Source of the DNA: Pseudomonadota bacterium
GTDB taxonomy: Bacteria; Pseudomonadota; Gammaproteobacteria; Xanthomonadales; Xanthomonadaceae
Assembly: GCA_018242405.1 (NCBI GenBank)
Contig: JAFEBZ010000217.1
Coordinates: 515-64,514 of the forward strand
DNA: 64,000 bases
Direction of reading: 5' to 3'
Below, one piece after another: positions 8,334 to 16,965 of this stretch. Position 1 is the first letter of the stretch. The number at the start of each line of letters is the position of its first letter. The notes beneath the pieces were generated by a model. That model did not search any database, had not been told where the DNA came from, and saw nothing but the letters and a program-made list of their open reading frames with translations. The translations under genes and the position numbers were made by a program.

Positions 8334-9623
8334 ATGCTTTACCAGCTCAACGAAATCAATCGCGCCCTGCTCGAACCCTGGTCCTACTGGGCCGAAGCGG
8401 TATCACAGATGTACTCCGCGCCGGGCAGCTGGTTGTCGCAGTGGCCGGGCTCGCAGGAACTGGCCGCCGGCGCCGAACTGTTCCACCGCCTTGGCAAGAA
8501 CTACCAGAAGCCGGAATTCGGCATCCATCGCATCGACGTGCTCGGCAAGGAATGCGCGGTGCTGGAACGAGTGGCGATGGAGAAGCCGTTCTGCCGCCTG
8601 CTGCGCTTCAAGCGCTTTTCCGATGACGCGAAAGTCGTCGAGCATCTGCACGATTCGCCAACCGTGCTGGTGGTGGCGCCGCTCTCCGGCCACCACTCGA
8701 CGTTGCTGCGCGATACCGTCAAGAGCCTGCTGCGCGACCACAAGGTCTACGTGACCGACTGGACCGATGCGCGCATGGTGGCGAAGGAAGCCGGCGCCTT
8801 CACCCTCGACGATTACGTCGCCTACCTGCAGGAATTCATTCGCTTCATCGGCACCGATCATTTGCACGTGATCAGCGTGTGCCAGCCGACCGTGCCGGCA
8901 CTCGCCGCGGTGTCGTTGCTGGCGGCGCGCGGCGAGGCGACGCCGCGTTCGATGGTGATGATGGGCGGTCCGATCGATACCCGCGAATCGCCGACTGCGG
9001 TCAACGGCCTGGCGACGCGCCATCCGCTGGAATGGTTCGAACAGAACGTGATCCAGGTCGTGCCCGGCAACCTGCCCGGTGCCGGCCGCCGCGTCTATCC
9101 CGGCTTCCTGCAATACCTCGGCTTCATCGCGATGAATCCCGAACGCCACGCGATGTCGCATTGGGACTTCTATCGCGACCTGGTCAAGGGCGACCAGGAC
9201 ACCACCGCGGCGCATCGGCGTTTCTACGACGAATACAACGCCGTGCTCGACATGCCGGCCGAGTACTACCTCGACTGCATCCGCATCGTCTTCCAGGAAC
9301 ACCTGCTGCCGCGCGGACTGTGGGACGTGCGTGGCGAACGCGTCGACCCCTCGAAGATCCGCGACACCGCGATCATGACGGTCGAAGGCGAGCTCGACGA
9401 CATTTCCGGCGAAGGCCAGACCCGCGCGGCGCACAAGCTGTGCAGCGGCGTGCCGCAGTCGAAGCAGACGCACCTGACCGTGCAGGGCGCCGGCCATTAC
9501 GGCATCTTCAGTGGCAAGCGCTGGCGCACCGAGGTCTACCCGCAGGTGCGCGATTTCATCGCCGCGAATGATGCCGCACCGAAGAAGAAACGGGTCGCCG
9601 CAAAGCAAGTGCGCCGTCGCTGA
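8334..9623 (+). CDS. phaZ: Intracellular polyhydroxyalkanoate depolymerase
   Basis: MLYQL start, VAPLSGHHSTLLRDTV, SVCQP (catalytic Cys), MGGPID, EGELDDISG, GHYGIFSG. Confidence 0.93.
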   Translation: MLYQLNEINRALLEPWSYWAEAVSQMYSAPGSWLSQWPGSQELAAGAELFHRLGKNYQKPEFGIHRIDVLGKECAVLERVAMEKPFCRLLRFKRFSDDAKVVEHLHDSPTVLVVAPLSGHHSTLLRDTVKSLLRDHKVYVTDWTDARMVAKEAGAFTLDDYVAYLQEFIRFIGTDHLHVISVCQPTVPALAAVSLLAARGEATPRSMVMMGGPIDTRESPTAVNGLATRHPLEWFEQNVIQVVPGNLPGAGRRVYPGFLQYLGFIAMNPERHAMSHWDFYRDLVKGDQDTTAAHRRFYDEYNAVLDMPAEYYLDCIRIVFQEHLLPRGLWDVRGERVDPSKIRDTAIMTVEGELDDISGEGQTRAAHKLCSGVPQSKQTHLTVQGAGHYGIFSGKRWRTEVYPQVRDFIAANDAAPKKKRVAAKQVRRR

Positions 9624-9633
9624 CCAACCAAGC

Positions 9634-9666
9634 AAAAACGCCACCCGCAGGTGGCGTTTTCTTTTT
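9634..9666. terminator. Bidirectional Rho-independent terminator
   Basis: AAAAACGCCACC-cgca-GGTGGCGTTTTCTTTTT between convergent phaZ and OmpA genes. Confidence 0.85.
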
Positions 9667-9680
9667 GCCGGACTGTGCGA

Positions 9681-10364
9681 TCAGGCTCCGTTGTTGGTCA
9701 GCGGCACCAGGCGGATCTCGACGCGACGGTTGGCCGCGCGCCCCGCATCCGTATTGTTGTCGGCGATCGGGTACTGGAAGTTGTAGCCATGTGTTTCCAT
9801 GCGCACCGACTGCACGCCCTGCGATGACAGGTAGTTCGCGACCGATTGCGCGCGTTGCTCGGAGATGCGCTGGTTCACCGTGACCGTGCCGACGTTGTCG
9901 GTATGGCCGTTGATCTCGACAATGGTCTGGTTGTACTGGGCGATGGTGTGCGCGATGTTGTTGAGCGCCGGATAGAACTGCGGCTTGACGTCGGTCTTGT
10001 TGAAGTCGAAGGTCACGCCATCCGGCAGGTTGAGCTTGATCACGTCGCCGTCGCGCTGCACCTGCACGCCGGTGCCTTGCGTCTGGCGACGCAATTCGGC
10101 TTCCTGGCGATCCTGGTAGGCGCCGATACCGCCACCCGCGAGCGCGCCGATACCGGCACCGAGCATCGCTTTCTCGCGGCGGTTCTTGGCGCTGGTGCCG
10201 GCCAGCAAGCCGACCGCTGCGCCGATGCCCGCACCGATCAGCGCACCGCGACCGGTACGGTTGGGATCATTGGGATCGTTGGTTTGTCCGGTGTAACTGG
10301 CGCAGCCGGCCAGCATGCTCGCCACAATGGCGGCGACAACGCCTGCCTTGATCGAAAGATTCAT
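9681..10364 (-). CDS. OmpA-family lipoprotein with glycine zipper (YiaD-like)
   Basis: Lipobox LAGC, glycine zipper GALIGAGIGAAVG, GHTD..N..SEQRA, NRRVEI. Confidence 0.92.
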   Translation of the reverse strand: MNLSIKAGVVAAIVASMLAGCASYTGQTNDPNDPNRTGRGALIGAGIGAAVGLLAGTSAKNRREKAMLGAGIGALAGGGIGAYQDRQEAELRRQTQGTGVQVQRDGDVIKLNLPDGVTFDFNKTDVKPQFYPALNNIAHTIAQYNQTIVEINGHTDNVGTVTVNQRISEQRAQSVANYLSSQGVQSVRMETHGYNFQYPIADNNTDAGRAANRRVEIRLVPLTNNGA

Positions 10365-10455
10365 CCGGATTCTCCATTCATCGGGGGATGACAAGAATAT
10401 CCGGATGGATCATTAACACCGTGTGGACAACGGCACCTCGATCACCGCGCCATCA

Positions 10456-11388
10456 TCAATCGATCGTCACCAGCAGGTGCTTGGCGACGCGGCCATGGAC
10501 GCGACCCAGCGCACGCGCGAGATGGAATGTGAGGATCAATCCCGCGGCCCCGGCAAGGAAACACAACGGATCCAGCAGCCACCACGGCATCAGCAACGTG
10601 TCGTTGAACTGGATGTCATAGGCGATGTCGGCGTGCACGAGACCGAGCATCCAGCCGGCGTGCGCGATCGGCGCGAAGATGCAGGCGAGCGATGCCACGA
10701 TGCCGGTGACGGCGATGGTGAAGTAGATGATGCCGATCGGCAGCATCAGCAGAAAATAGAGGAAGGTCGACCAGGTGCGCGGATCGAGGAACATGTCCTT
10801 GATGCGCTCCAGGATCGGGCGATCGCGATCGTGGTAGACCGTGCGGCGCGGCATGCGTTCGCCCAGCATCACTTCGACGATGCGGCCTTCCACCAGCGAC
10901 AACACGCGCGTGGCGCCGACGAACAGCAGCAGCAACGGCACGCCGATGATGAGCGCCATCAACCCGAACGACAGGCTGATGCCGGTCACCGTCCAGGTGA
11001 AATAGAAGATGCCGGTCGCCAGCGACAACAACATGTAGAACAGTGCGCCATAGGTGTAGGGATCACTGAAGACGCCGAATACGCTGCGCAACCACGACGG
11101 TTTGTGGATGTCGGCGCGCGCCTGCGGACGCGGTGGGCGCAACGCTTCCTGCACTTTCACTTCGGTGTCGCGATAGATGTCGGCGACTTCGTCCGGGGCG
11201 CCGTAGCTCGATGCCACCGCGGCGATCACCTCGGCCTCGGACTTGCCGGGGTTTTCGGCCATTTCGGAGCGCAGGTATTCCTCGGCGTCGTACAACGCGT
11301 CCTGGATCATCGCGGGATCGGCGCCTGTCAACGAACGGCGCAGGTGTTCGAGATAGTCGGGAATGCTGGTTGGCAGCGTGGTGTTCAT
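10456..11388 (-). CDS. Membrane sensor-domain protein (HAAS/DUF1700-like N-terminus)
   Basis: YL..LRRSL..DALYDAEEYL..YGAPDEVA then four TM segments; ATGA overlap with padR. Confidence 0.78.
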   Translation of the reverse strand: MNTTLPTSIPDYLEHLRRSLTGADPAMIQDALYDAEEYLRSEMAENPGKSEAEVIAAVASSYGAPDEVADIYRDTEVKVQEALRPPRPQARADIHKPSWLRSVFGVFSDPYTYGALFYMLLSLATGIFYFTWTVTGISLSFGLMALIIGVPLLLLFVGATRVLSLVEGRIVEVMLGERMPRRTVYHDRDRPILERIKDMFLDPRTWSTFLYFLLMLPIGIIYFTIAVTGIVASLACIFAPIAHAGWMLGLVHADIAYDIQFNDTLLMPWWLLDPLCFLAGAAGLILTFHLARALGRVHGRVAKHLLVTID

Positions 11389-11741
11389 GCCCTTGCCCCT
11401 TTGAGGACGGAATCGACGGAATCGCGGGTCTCGCGCCAGGCCTCGGCCCATGCGCGCAATGCGGTACGGCCCGCGGCGGTGATCTGGTAGCAGCGGCGCG
11501 GCGGTCCGCTGCTGGAAGGTTCGATGGAACTGGACAACAGGCCGGCACCTTCGAGATTGCGCAGCACCGGATAAAGCGCGCTCTGCTTGCCGGCCAGCAC
11601 GCCGCCACCATCGCGTTCAAGCTGTTTGGCGATCAGGTAGCCGTGCATCGGTTCGGTCGCCGATTCGACGACCGCGAGCAAGGCCAGCGCCACCGTCCCG
11701 GCACTCAGTTCTTTGTGGAATTTGCGCAGGCTGTCGTCCAT
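11385..11741 (-). CDS. PadR family transcriptional regulator
   Basis: MHGYLI, SALYPVLRNLE..GLL, GPPRRCYQIT..GR. Confidence 0.9.
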   Translation of the reverse strand: MDDSLRKFHKELSAGTVALALLAVVESATEPMHGYLIAKQLERDGGGVLAGKQSALYPVLRNLEGAGLLSSSIEPSSSGPPRRCYQITAAGRTALRAWAEAWRETRDSVDSVLKGARA

Positions 11742-11770
11742 TGCCCCTGCCCCTCTATGTCGGAGTCAAT

Positions 11771-11793
11771 ACTAGTGTTGATTTCGATATAGT
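11771..11793. promoter_or_regulatory. Possible PadR operator (imperfect inverted repeat)
   Basis: AT-rich ACTAGTGTTGA-tt-TCGATATAGT just upstream of padR. Confidence 0.3.
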
Positions 11794-11892
11794 GAATGTG
11801 CTGGTAGTCATGGTGGTGAAAGACGCTGCCGGTGGTGGCTTTCAAGAGGGGGCTCGTGGCGCGTTATGCTCCTCGCACTTTCGGAGATCGCC

Positions 11893-12819
11893 ATGCCCAA
11901 GACCGCCGCCCTGCTCGTCCCGCTGCTATGCGCCATCGCTTTCACCGCCAGCGCGGCCGACACGCCGCAAGCCGCCAAGCAGCGCAGCAGCAAGGAGATC
12001 ATCGACAGCGCACCGGCCGGCGCCTGGTATCGCCCCGATCCGCAGAACACGCTCTACATGGACGTCAACGGCGGGCGCGTGGTGATCGAGCTGGCGCCGC
12101 AGTTCGCGCCGGCGCATGTCGCCAACATCCAGGCCCTCGCCCATGGCAGGTTCTGGGACGGACTGTCGGTGTACCGATCGCAGGACAACTTCGTGGTGCA
12201 GTTCGGTGATCCCGATGCCGACGAAGCAGGCAAGGCCAAGCCCTACCCGGCCCCGGCGAAGCAGCATCTCCCCGCCGAATTCGATCGCCCGGCGAAAGGC
12301 CTTGCGTTCACCGCGTTGCCCGACCGCGACGGTTGGGCCCCCGAAGTCGGTTTTTCCGGGGACTTCCCCGCCGCGCGCGATCCGGAAACCGGCCGCGCAT
12401 GGATGACGCATTGCTATGGCACGCTGGGCGCCGGCCGCAGCAACGAACCGGACAGCAGCAACGGCGCCGAACTCTATGTCGTCACCGGACAGGCGCCGCG
12501 ACAGCTCGATCTCAACATCACCACCGTCGGTCGCGTGCTGAAAGGCATGCAGTACCTGAGCGCGATCCATCGTGGTCCCGATCCGATGGGCATGTTCGAC
12601 AAGCCGGAAATGCGCGTGCCGATCACCGCCATTCATCTCGCCAGCGACGTGCCGCCGGAACAGCGCGAACGCATCGAGGTGCTGCGCAGCGACAGCCCGC
12701 AATTCGCCGAACTGATCGAGGCACGACGCAATCGCCAGGACGGCTGGTACGTGCACAAGGCCGGCCACATCGACATCTGCAATATTTCGCCGATCGTTCG
12801 CGGCATTCCGCAACGCTGA
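11893..12819 (+). CDS. Exported cyclophilin-type peptidyl-prolyl isomerase
   Basis: Signal peptide; [35 protein letters not shown]; GGAG SD. Confidence 0.85.
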   Translation: MPKTAALLVPLLCAIAFTASAADTPQAAKQRSSKEIIDSAPAGAWYRPDPQNTLYMDVNGGRVVIELAPQFAPAHVANIQALAHGRFWDGLSVYRSQDNFVVQFGDPDADEAGKAKPYPAPAKQHLPAEFDRPAKGLAFTALPDRDGWAPEVGFSGDFPAARDPETGRAWMTHCYGTLGAGRSNEPDSSNGAELYVVTGQAPRQLDLNITTVGRVLKGMQYLSAIHRGPDPMGMFDKPEMRVPITAIHLASDVPPEQRERIEVLRSDSPQFAELIEARRNRQDGWYVHKAGHIDICNISPIVRGIPQR

Positions 12820-12882
12820 TTTATTCACGCATCGCGATCGCAACAGGACTATGCTGGGCACGGCTCCCGAGGAGACCGTGCC

Positions 12883-13179
12883 ATGCCGATGATGCGCGCG
12901 AGGATGACCGGCAGCGACGATCAGGTTCGCACCATGTTGAACCTGATCGACAGCATGGACGGCATCCATTCGATCGAGGAAGTGGACGACCTGATGCCGC
13001 ACATGGACGACTGGGATTCGAGCTCGGCGGGATTGAGCGACCTGGTCGGACCCAAGGTGCACGAGATCGAACTCGATCTCGCCAACCGCGCCACCGCCGG
13101 GCGCGTGCAGCGCGAAATGGAGGCGCTGGCATTCGATCTCGACATGTTCGTCGAGATCAGCGGCGACGAAGAAGCCTAG
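12883..13179 (+). CDS. Small acidic hypothetical protein
   Basis: GAGGAG SD, GC3-biased codons, fills the intergenic gap; no recognised motif. Confidence 0.75.
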   Translation: MPMMRARMTGSDDQVRTMLNLIDSMDGIHSIEEVDDLMPHMDDWDSSSAGLSDLVGPKVHEIELDLANRATAGRVQREMEALAFDLDMFVEISGDEEA

Positions 13180-13269
13180 GTTCCGCCGATCCAGCCACCC
13201 TGCCATTGGTCATGCTTGCGGCGCGTTCCCCGTCGGCTCACTCTTGGGTGATCCATCGGGGAGATCCTC

Positions 13270-15477
13270 ATGCGTATCTGGCGCCCAAGCCTCGTTTCGC
13301 TCGCTTGCCTCGCAATCGTGCTGCCGCTCGCGGCCCGCATCACGCCCGCCGCCCCCACTCCGGCACCGGCATCCGCTGAAGCGGCAACCGCATCCGCATC
13401 TTCCTGCCCGGCGATTCCGCTGGCTGCCGCCGACGCCGCGGCGCCAACCACGCCGAGTTCCGCGGATGCCTGGGGTGGCCCGCGCAAGGCCGATGCAGCG
13501 ACGCTCTCCGATCGCGTGGTGAAGTACGCGATCGACGCAACCCTCGATCCGGTCAAGCACACCGTTACCGGCAAGGAACAGCTGACCTGGCGCAACCGCA
13601 GCAACAAGCCGGTGTGCGGCATCTACATCCACCTTTACCTCAACGGTTTTGAAAGCCCGAACAGCACGTTCTTCACCGAACGCAATCGCGGCTTCCACTT
13701 CCGCAGCAATGTCGCCACCGGCGACAAGGACTGGGGCTACATCCAGTTGAATTCGGTGCAACAAGGCGGTCAGGACGCGAAGTGGAGCTACGTGCATCCC
13801 GACAACGGCCCCGACACCGACCACACCGTGGTGCGCATCGACCTGCCGCAACCGGTCGCCGCCGGCGCCAGCACCACGCTCGACATCGCCTTCTTCGACC
13901 AGTTGCCGCGCGTGGTTGCGCGCACCGGTTACTTCGATACCTTCCATCTGGTCGGGCAGTGGTTCCCGAAGATCGGCGTGCTGGAATTGCCGGGCGAACG
14001 CGGCGCCACCGCGACGCGCTGGAACGCCCACGAATTCCACATGAACAGCGAGTTCTATGCCGATTTCGGCAGCTTCGACGTGACGCTGCACGTGCCGAAG
14101 GATTACACCGTCGGCGCCACCGGCGAACTGCAGGGCACGCCGACGCAAAACGGCAACCTGACCAGTTATCGCTACGTGCAGGACGACGTCCACGATTTCG
14201 CCTGGACCGCCGACAACAAGACCGCGACGCCGCTGGAAGCGACCTGGACGCATCCCGGCAGCCCGCCGGTGAAAGTGCGCGTGCTGGTGCCGCGCGAATA
14301 CGCCATGGATGCCCAGCCTGTGCTGAAGGCGACGCTGGATTCGCTCACCTACTTCTCCGATACGCTCGGTCCGTATCCGTATCGCACGGTGACCGCGGTG
14401 GTGCCGCCACACAACGCCGATGAAGCCGGCGGCATGGAATACCCGACCTTCTTCACCGCCGATCACGCCAAGGACTTCTCGCCAGGCACGACCGGCCAGT
14501 ACCTGATCGATTTCGTCACCATCCACGAATTCGGCCACGGCTATTTCTACGGCATTCTCGCTTCCAACGAATTCGAGGAGCCGGCGCTCGACGAAGGCGT
14601 CAACCAGTACTGGGACGACCGCATGCTTTCCGATCGCCACCAGGCGCTGTCGCTGGCCAGCAGCTTCAGCAAGCGCCTCGGCCTGACCACGGTGATGCCG
14701 CTGCGATCGCTCGAGCGTCTCAGTGCCGGGCTGAACGATCCGATGGATCCTGTCGGCGAGAATTCCTGGGACCGGTTGTCCGGCAGCTACAACACGGTCT
14801 ATTCGCGCACCGCGACGATGCTCAACGACATCGAGGCCCAGATCGGCCATGAAGCGATGGGTCGCGCGATGAAGTTCTACTACGAACGCTGGAAATTCCG
14901 CCATCCGACGCTGGCCGATTTCCGCGACGCGCTGGCCGAAGGCAGCGGACGTCCCGACGTGGTCAATCGCGCGTTCGACATCGCGGTGTTCAATGCGCGC
15001 GAGATCGACGATCGCGTGGCCAGCATCGACGTGCGCGAACTGTTGCCCGAGAACGGCTATCGCCTGATCGACGGCAAGCGCGTGGCGACGACGCAAACCG
15101 ATGTCGACAAGTCGATCGATGCTGCGCGCGACGCCTGGAAGAAGAAGCATCCGGACGCGAAGAGTGGCGGTCCCTATCCCTTCGAATCCACCGTGGTCGT
15201 GCGCCGTGACGGCGCCGCGGTGCCGCAACAACTGAAAGTCACGTTCGACGACGGGAGCGTCAAGATGGTGAACTTCGATGGAGACCAACGCTGGTTCCGC
15301 TATCAATGGAGCGGGCCCGCCAAGGTGGTGAAGGCCGAACTCGACCCGCAGGGCCTGCACGGGATGGACGTGTCGCAGATCGACAACGGCCGCACCGTCG
15401 AGCCGCACCGCATGTCGCTGGCGACGCGCGCGATGGGCTGGTTGCAACTGGCGATCACCCAGGGGCAGCTGCTGTGA
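13270..15477 (+). CDS. M1 family zinc aminopeptidase, exported
   Basis: GGMEYP exopeptidase motif, HEFGH-x18-E (LDEG), signal peptide. Confidence 0.92.
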   Translation: MRIWRPSLVSLACLAIVLPLAARITPAAPTPAPASAEAATASASSCPAIPLAAADAAAPTTPSSADAWGGPRKADAATLSDRVVKYAIDATLDPVKHTVTGKEQLTWRNRSNKPVCGIYIHLYLNGFESPNSTFFTERNRGFHFRSNVATGDKDWGYIQLNSVQQGGQDAKWSYVHPDNGPDTDHTVVRIDLPQPVAAGASTTLDIAFFDQLPRVVARTGYFDTFHLVGQWFPKIGVLELPGERGATATRWNAHEFHMNSEFYADFGSFDVTLHVPKDYTVGATGELQGTPTQNGNLTSYRYVQDDVHDFAWTADNKTATPLEATWTHPGSPPVKVRVLVPREYAMDAQPVLKATLDSLTYFSDTLGPYPYRTVTAVVPPHNADEAGGMEYPTFFTADHAKDFSPGTTGQYLIDFVTIHEFGHGYFYGILASNEFEEPALDEGVNQYWDDRMLSDRHQALSLASSFSKRLGLTTVMPLRSLERLSAGLNDPMDPVGENSWDRLSGSYNTVYSRTATMLNDIEAQIGHEAMGRAMKFYYERWKFRHPTLADFRDALAEGSGRPDVVNRAFDIAVFNAREIDDRVASIDVRELLPENGYRLIDGKRVATTQTDVDKSIDAARDAWKKKHPDAKSGGPYPFESTVVVRRDGAAVPQQLKVTFDDGSVKMVNFDGDQRWFRYQWSGPAKVVKAELDPQGLHGMDVSQIDNGRTVEPHRMSLATRAMGWLQLAITQGQLL

Positions 15478-16340
15478 GCGGCCGCGTCAACGGGTTCCGC
15501 GCCCTGCTCGGCGGACTGTCCAGCGCACCGCGTCACTGGCGCATGCTGATTTTGTGGCTGGTCGCCGCGCTGATTCCGGCGATCGCCGCCAGCGTGCCAC
15601 TGCGCACGATGATCGCCAACACGTTCGGCCATAGCCCGCAGGCCGCGGACATCGATGCCGGAAACAACATGCCGCTGCTGGCCGACGGCTTGATGTCGAT
15701 GCTGGGCCATGGCGGCGGCGAATCGCTCGGCGTGCATATCGCAATCACCGCGGTGTTCGCCCTGCTGCTGTCGCCGCTGCTCTCGGGCATGCTGGTGGCG
15801 AGCCTGCGCGAGGGACGCCCGCTGCGTTTCGGCGAATTGATGCACGGCGGCCTGCGCGAATACTGGCGCCAGTTCCGCATCTGGCTGGTGCTGGCGATCC
15901 CGCTCGGTGCACTGCTCGGCCTCGCCAGCGTCGTGTTCGGAATGATCGGAAAATCTGCCGACGCGGCCATCCTGACCAGCCAGGCCAAGCATCTGCAATA
16001 CGCCGGAACAGCGGTGATGGTGGTGACATTCGCCATCGCCCACTGCGCCCTCGATGCGACCCGCGCGCAATTCGCCGCCGACGGCCAGCTTCGCGCCGCC
16101 TGGCGTGCAGCGCTGCGCGGCATCGGCCTGATGCTGCGGCGGCCGTTCTCGGTGGGACTGGTCTACGTGGTGACGATGGCGCTGGCAGCGCTGGTATCGC
16201 CGCTGCTCGTCCTCGAACTGATCAAGGGCAATGCCACGCTGGCGATGCTGGTGCTGCAACTGGGCACGCTGGTACTCGGCGGCCTGCGCGCGGCGCGCCT
16301 GATCGGCTTGGCGCGGTTGTCCACGGCGGCGACCCGCTAA
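15474..16340 (+). CDS. Integral membrane hypothetical protein
   Basis: GTGA overlap with the M1 peptidase stop; about 6 hydrophobic segments. Confidence 0.75.
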   Translation: MSGRVNGFRALLGGLSSAPRHWRMLILWLVAALIPAIAASVPLRTMIANTFGHSPQAADIDAGNNMPLLADGLMSMLGHGGGESLGVHIAITAVFALLLSPLLSGMLVASLREGRPLRFGELMHGGLREYWRQFRIWLVLAIPLGALLGLASVVFGMIGKSADAAILTSQAKHLQYAGTAVMVVTFAIAHCALDATRAQFAADGQLRAAWRAALRGIGLMLRRPFSVGLVYVVTMALAALVSPLLVLELIKGNATLAMLVLQLGTLVLGGLRAARLIGLARLSTAATR

Positions 16341-16407
16341 CCGCACACGAGGCCGGATCCCCCGCTACAATCGACTTTTCGGCATTGGACGCTGGGGCGG
16401 GGGATTC

Positions 16408-16965
16408 ATGGGCTGGATCGATTTTCTGCGTTGGCCGGTACCGACGAAGGTACCGGGAGAAGCCACCGCGCCTGCCGCCACGACCACCCAACCGGTCAAT
16501 GGCTATGCCGGCGAAGACCGTCGGCGCCATCCGCGCCGCAATCCCTGCCAAGGCACCCGATTGCTGATCGTCGATGATTCCGGCACCGTACTCTCCGTGC
16601 TTGGGCGGATGCTGAAGCAGGCCGGCGTGGAGATCACGACCGCGACTTCCGGCGAAGACGCGATGGCCAGCATCGGCGCACAACGCCCCGACGCGATCCT
16701 GCTCGACATCGTGATGCCGGGGATGGATGGATTCAGCGTCTTGCGCAGCCTGCGCCGCGATCCCGGCACCCGCGACATCCCGGTGATCATGATGTCGGGC
16801 AACGAACAGGCGACCGAGCAGTACTACGCGCAACGCATCGGCGCCGATGCCTTCCTGCGCAAGCCGTTCGGGCGTGGCGACGTGTTCACGCACCTCGAAC
16901 GGCTGCTCGACTGGCAGGGCCGCCCCGCGCGCCCGCACGGCAACCAGGCCGCGCAGGTCGTTTAA
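16408..16965 (+). CDS. Single-domain response regulator (CheY/PilH-like) with N-terminal extension
   Basis: LLIVDD, LLDIVMPGMDG, MMSG, FLRKPF. Confidence 0.88.
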   Translation: MGWIDFLRWPVPTKVPGEATAPAATTTQPVNGYAGEDRRRHPRRNPCQGTRLLIVDDSGTVLSVLGRMLKQAGVEITTATSGEDAMASIGAQRPDAILLDIVMPGMDGFSVLRSLRRDPGTRDIPVIMMSGNEQATEQYYAQRIGADAFLRKPFGRGDVFTHLERLLDWQGRPARPHGNQAAQVV

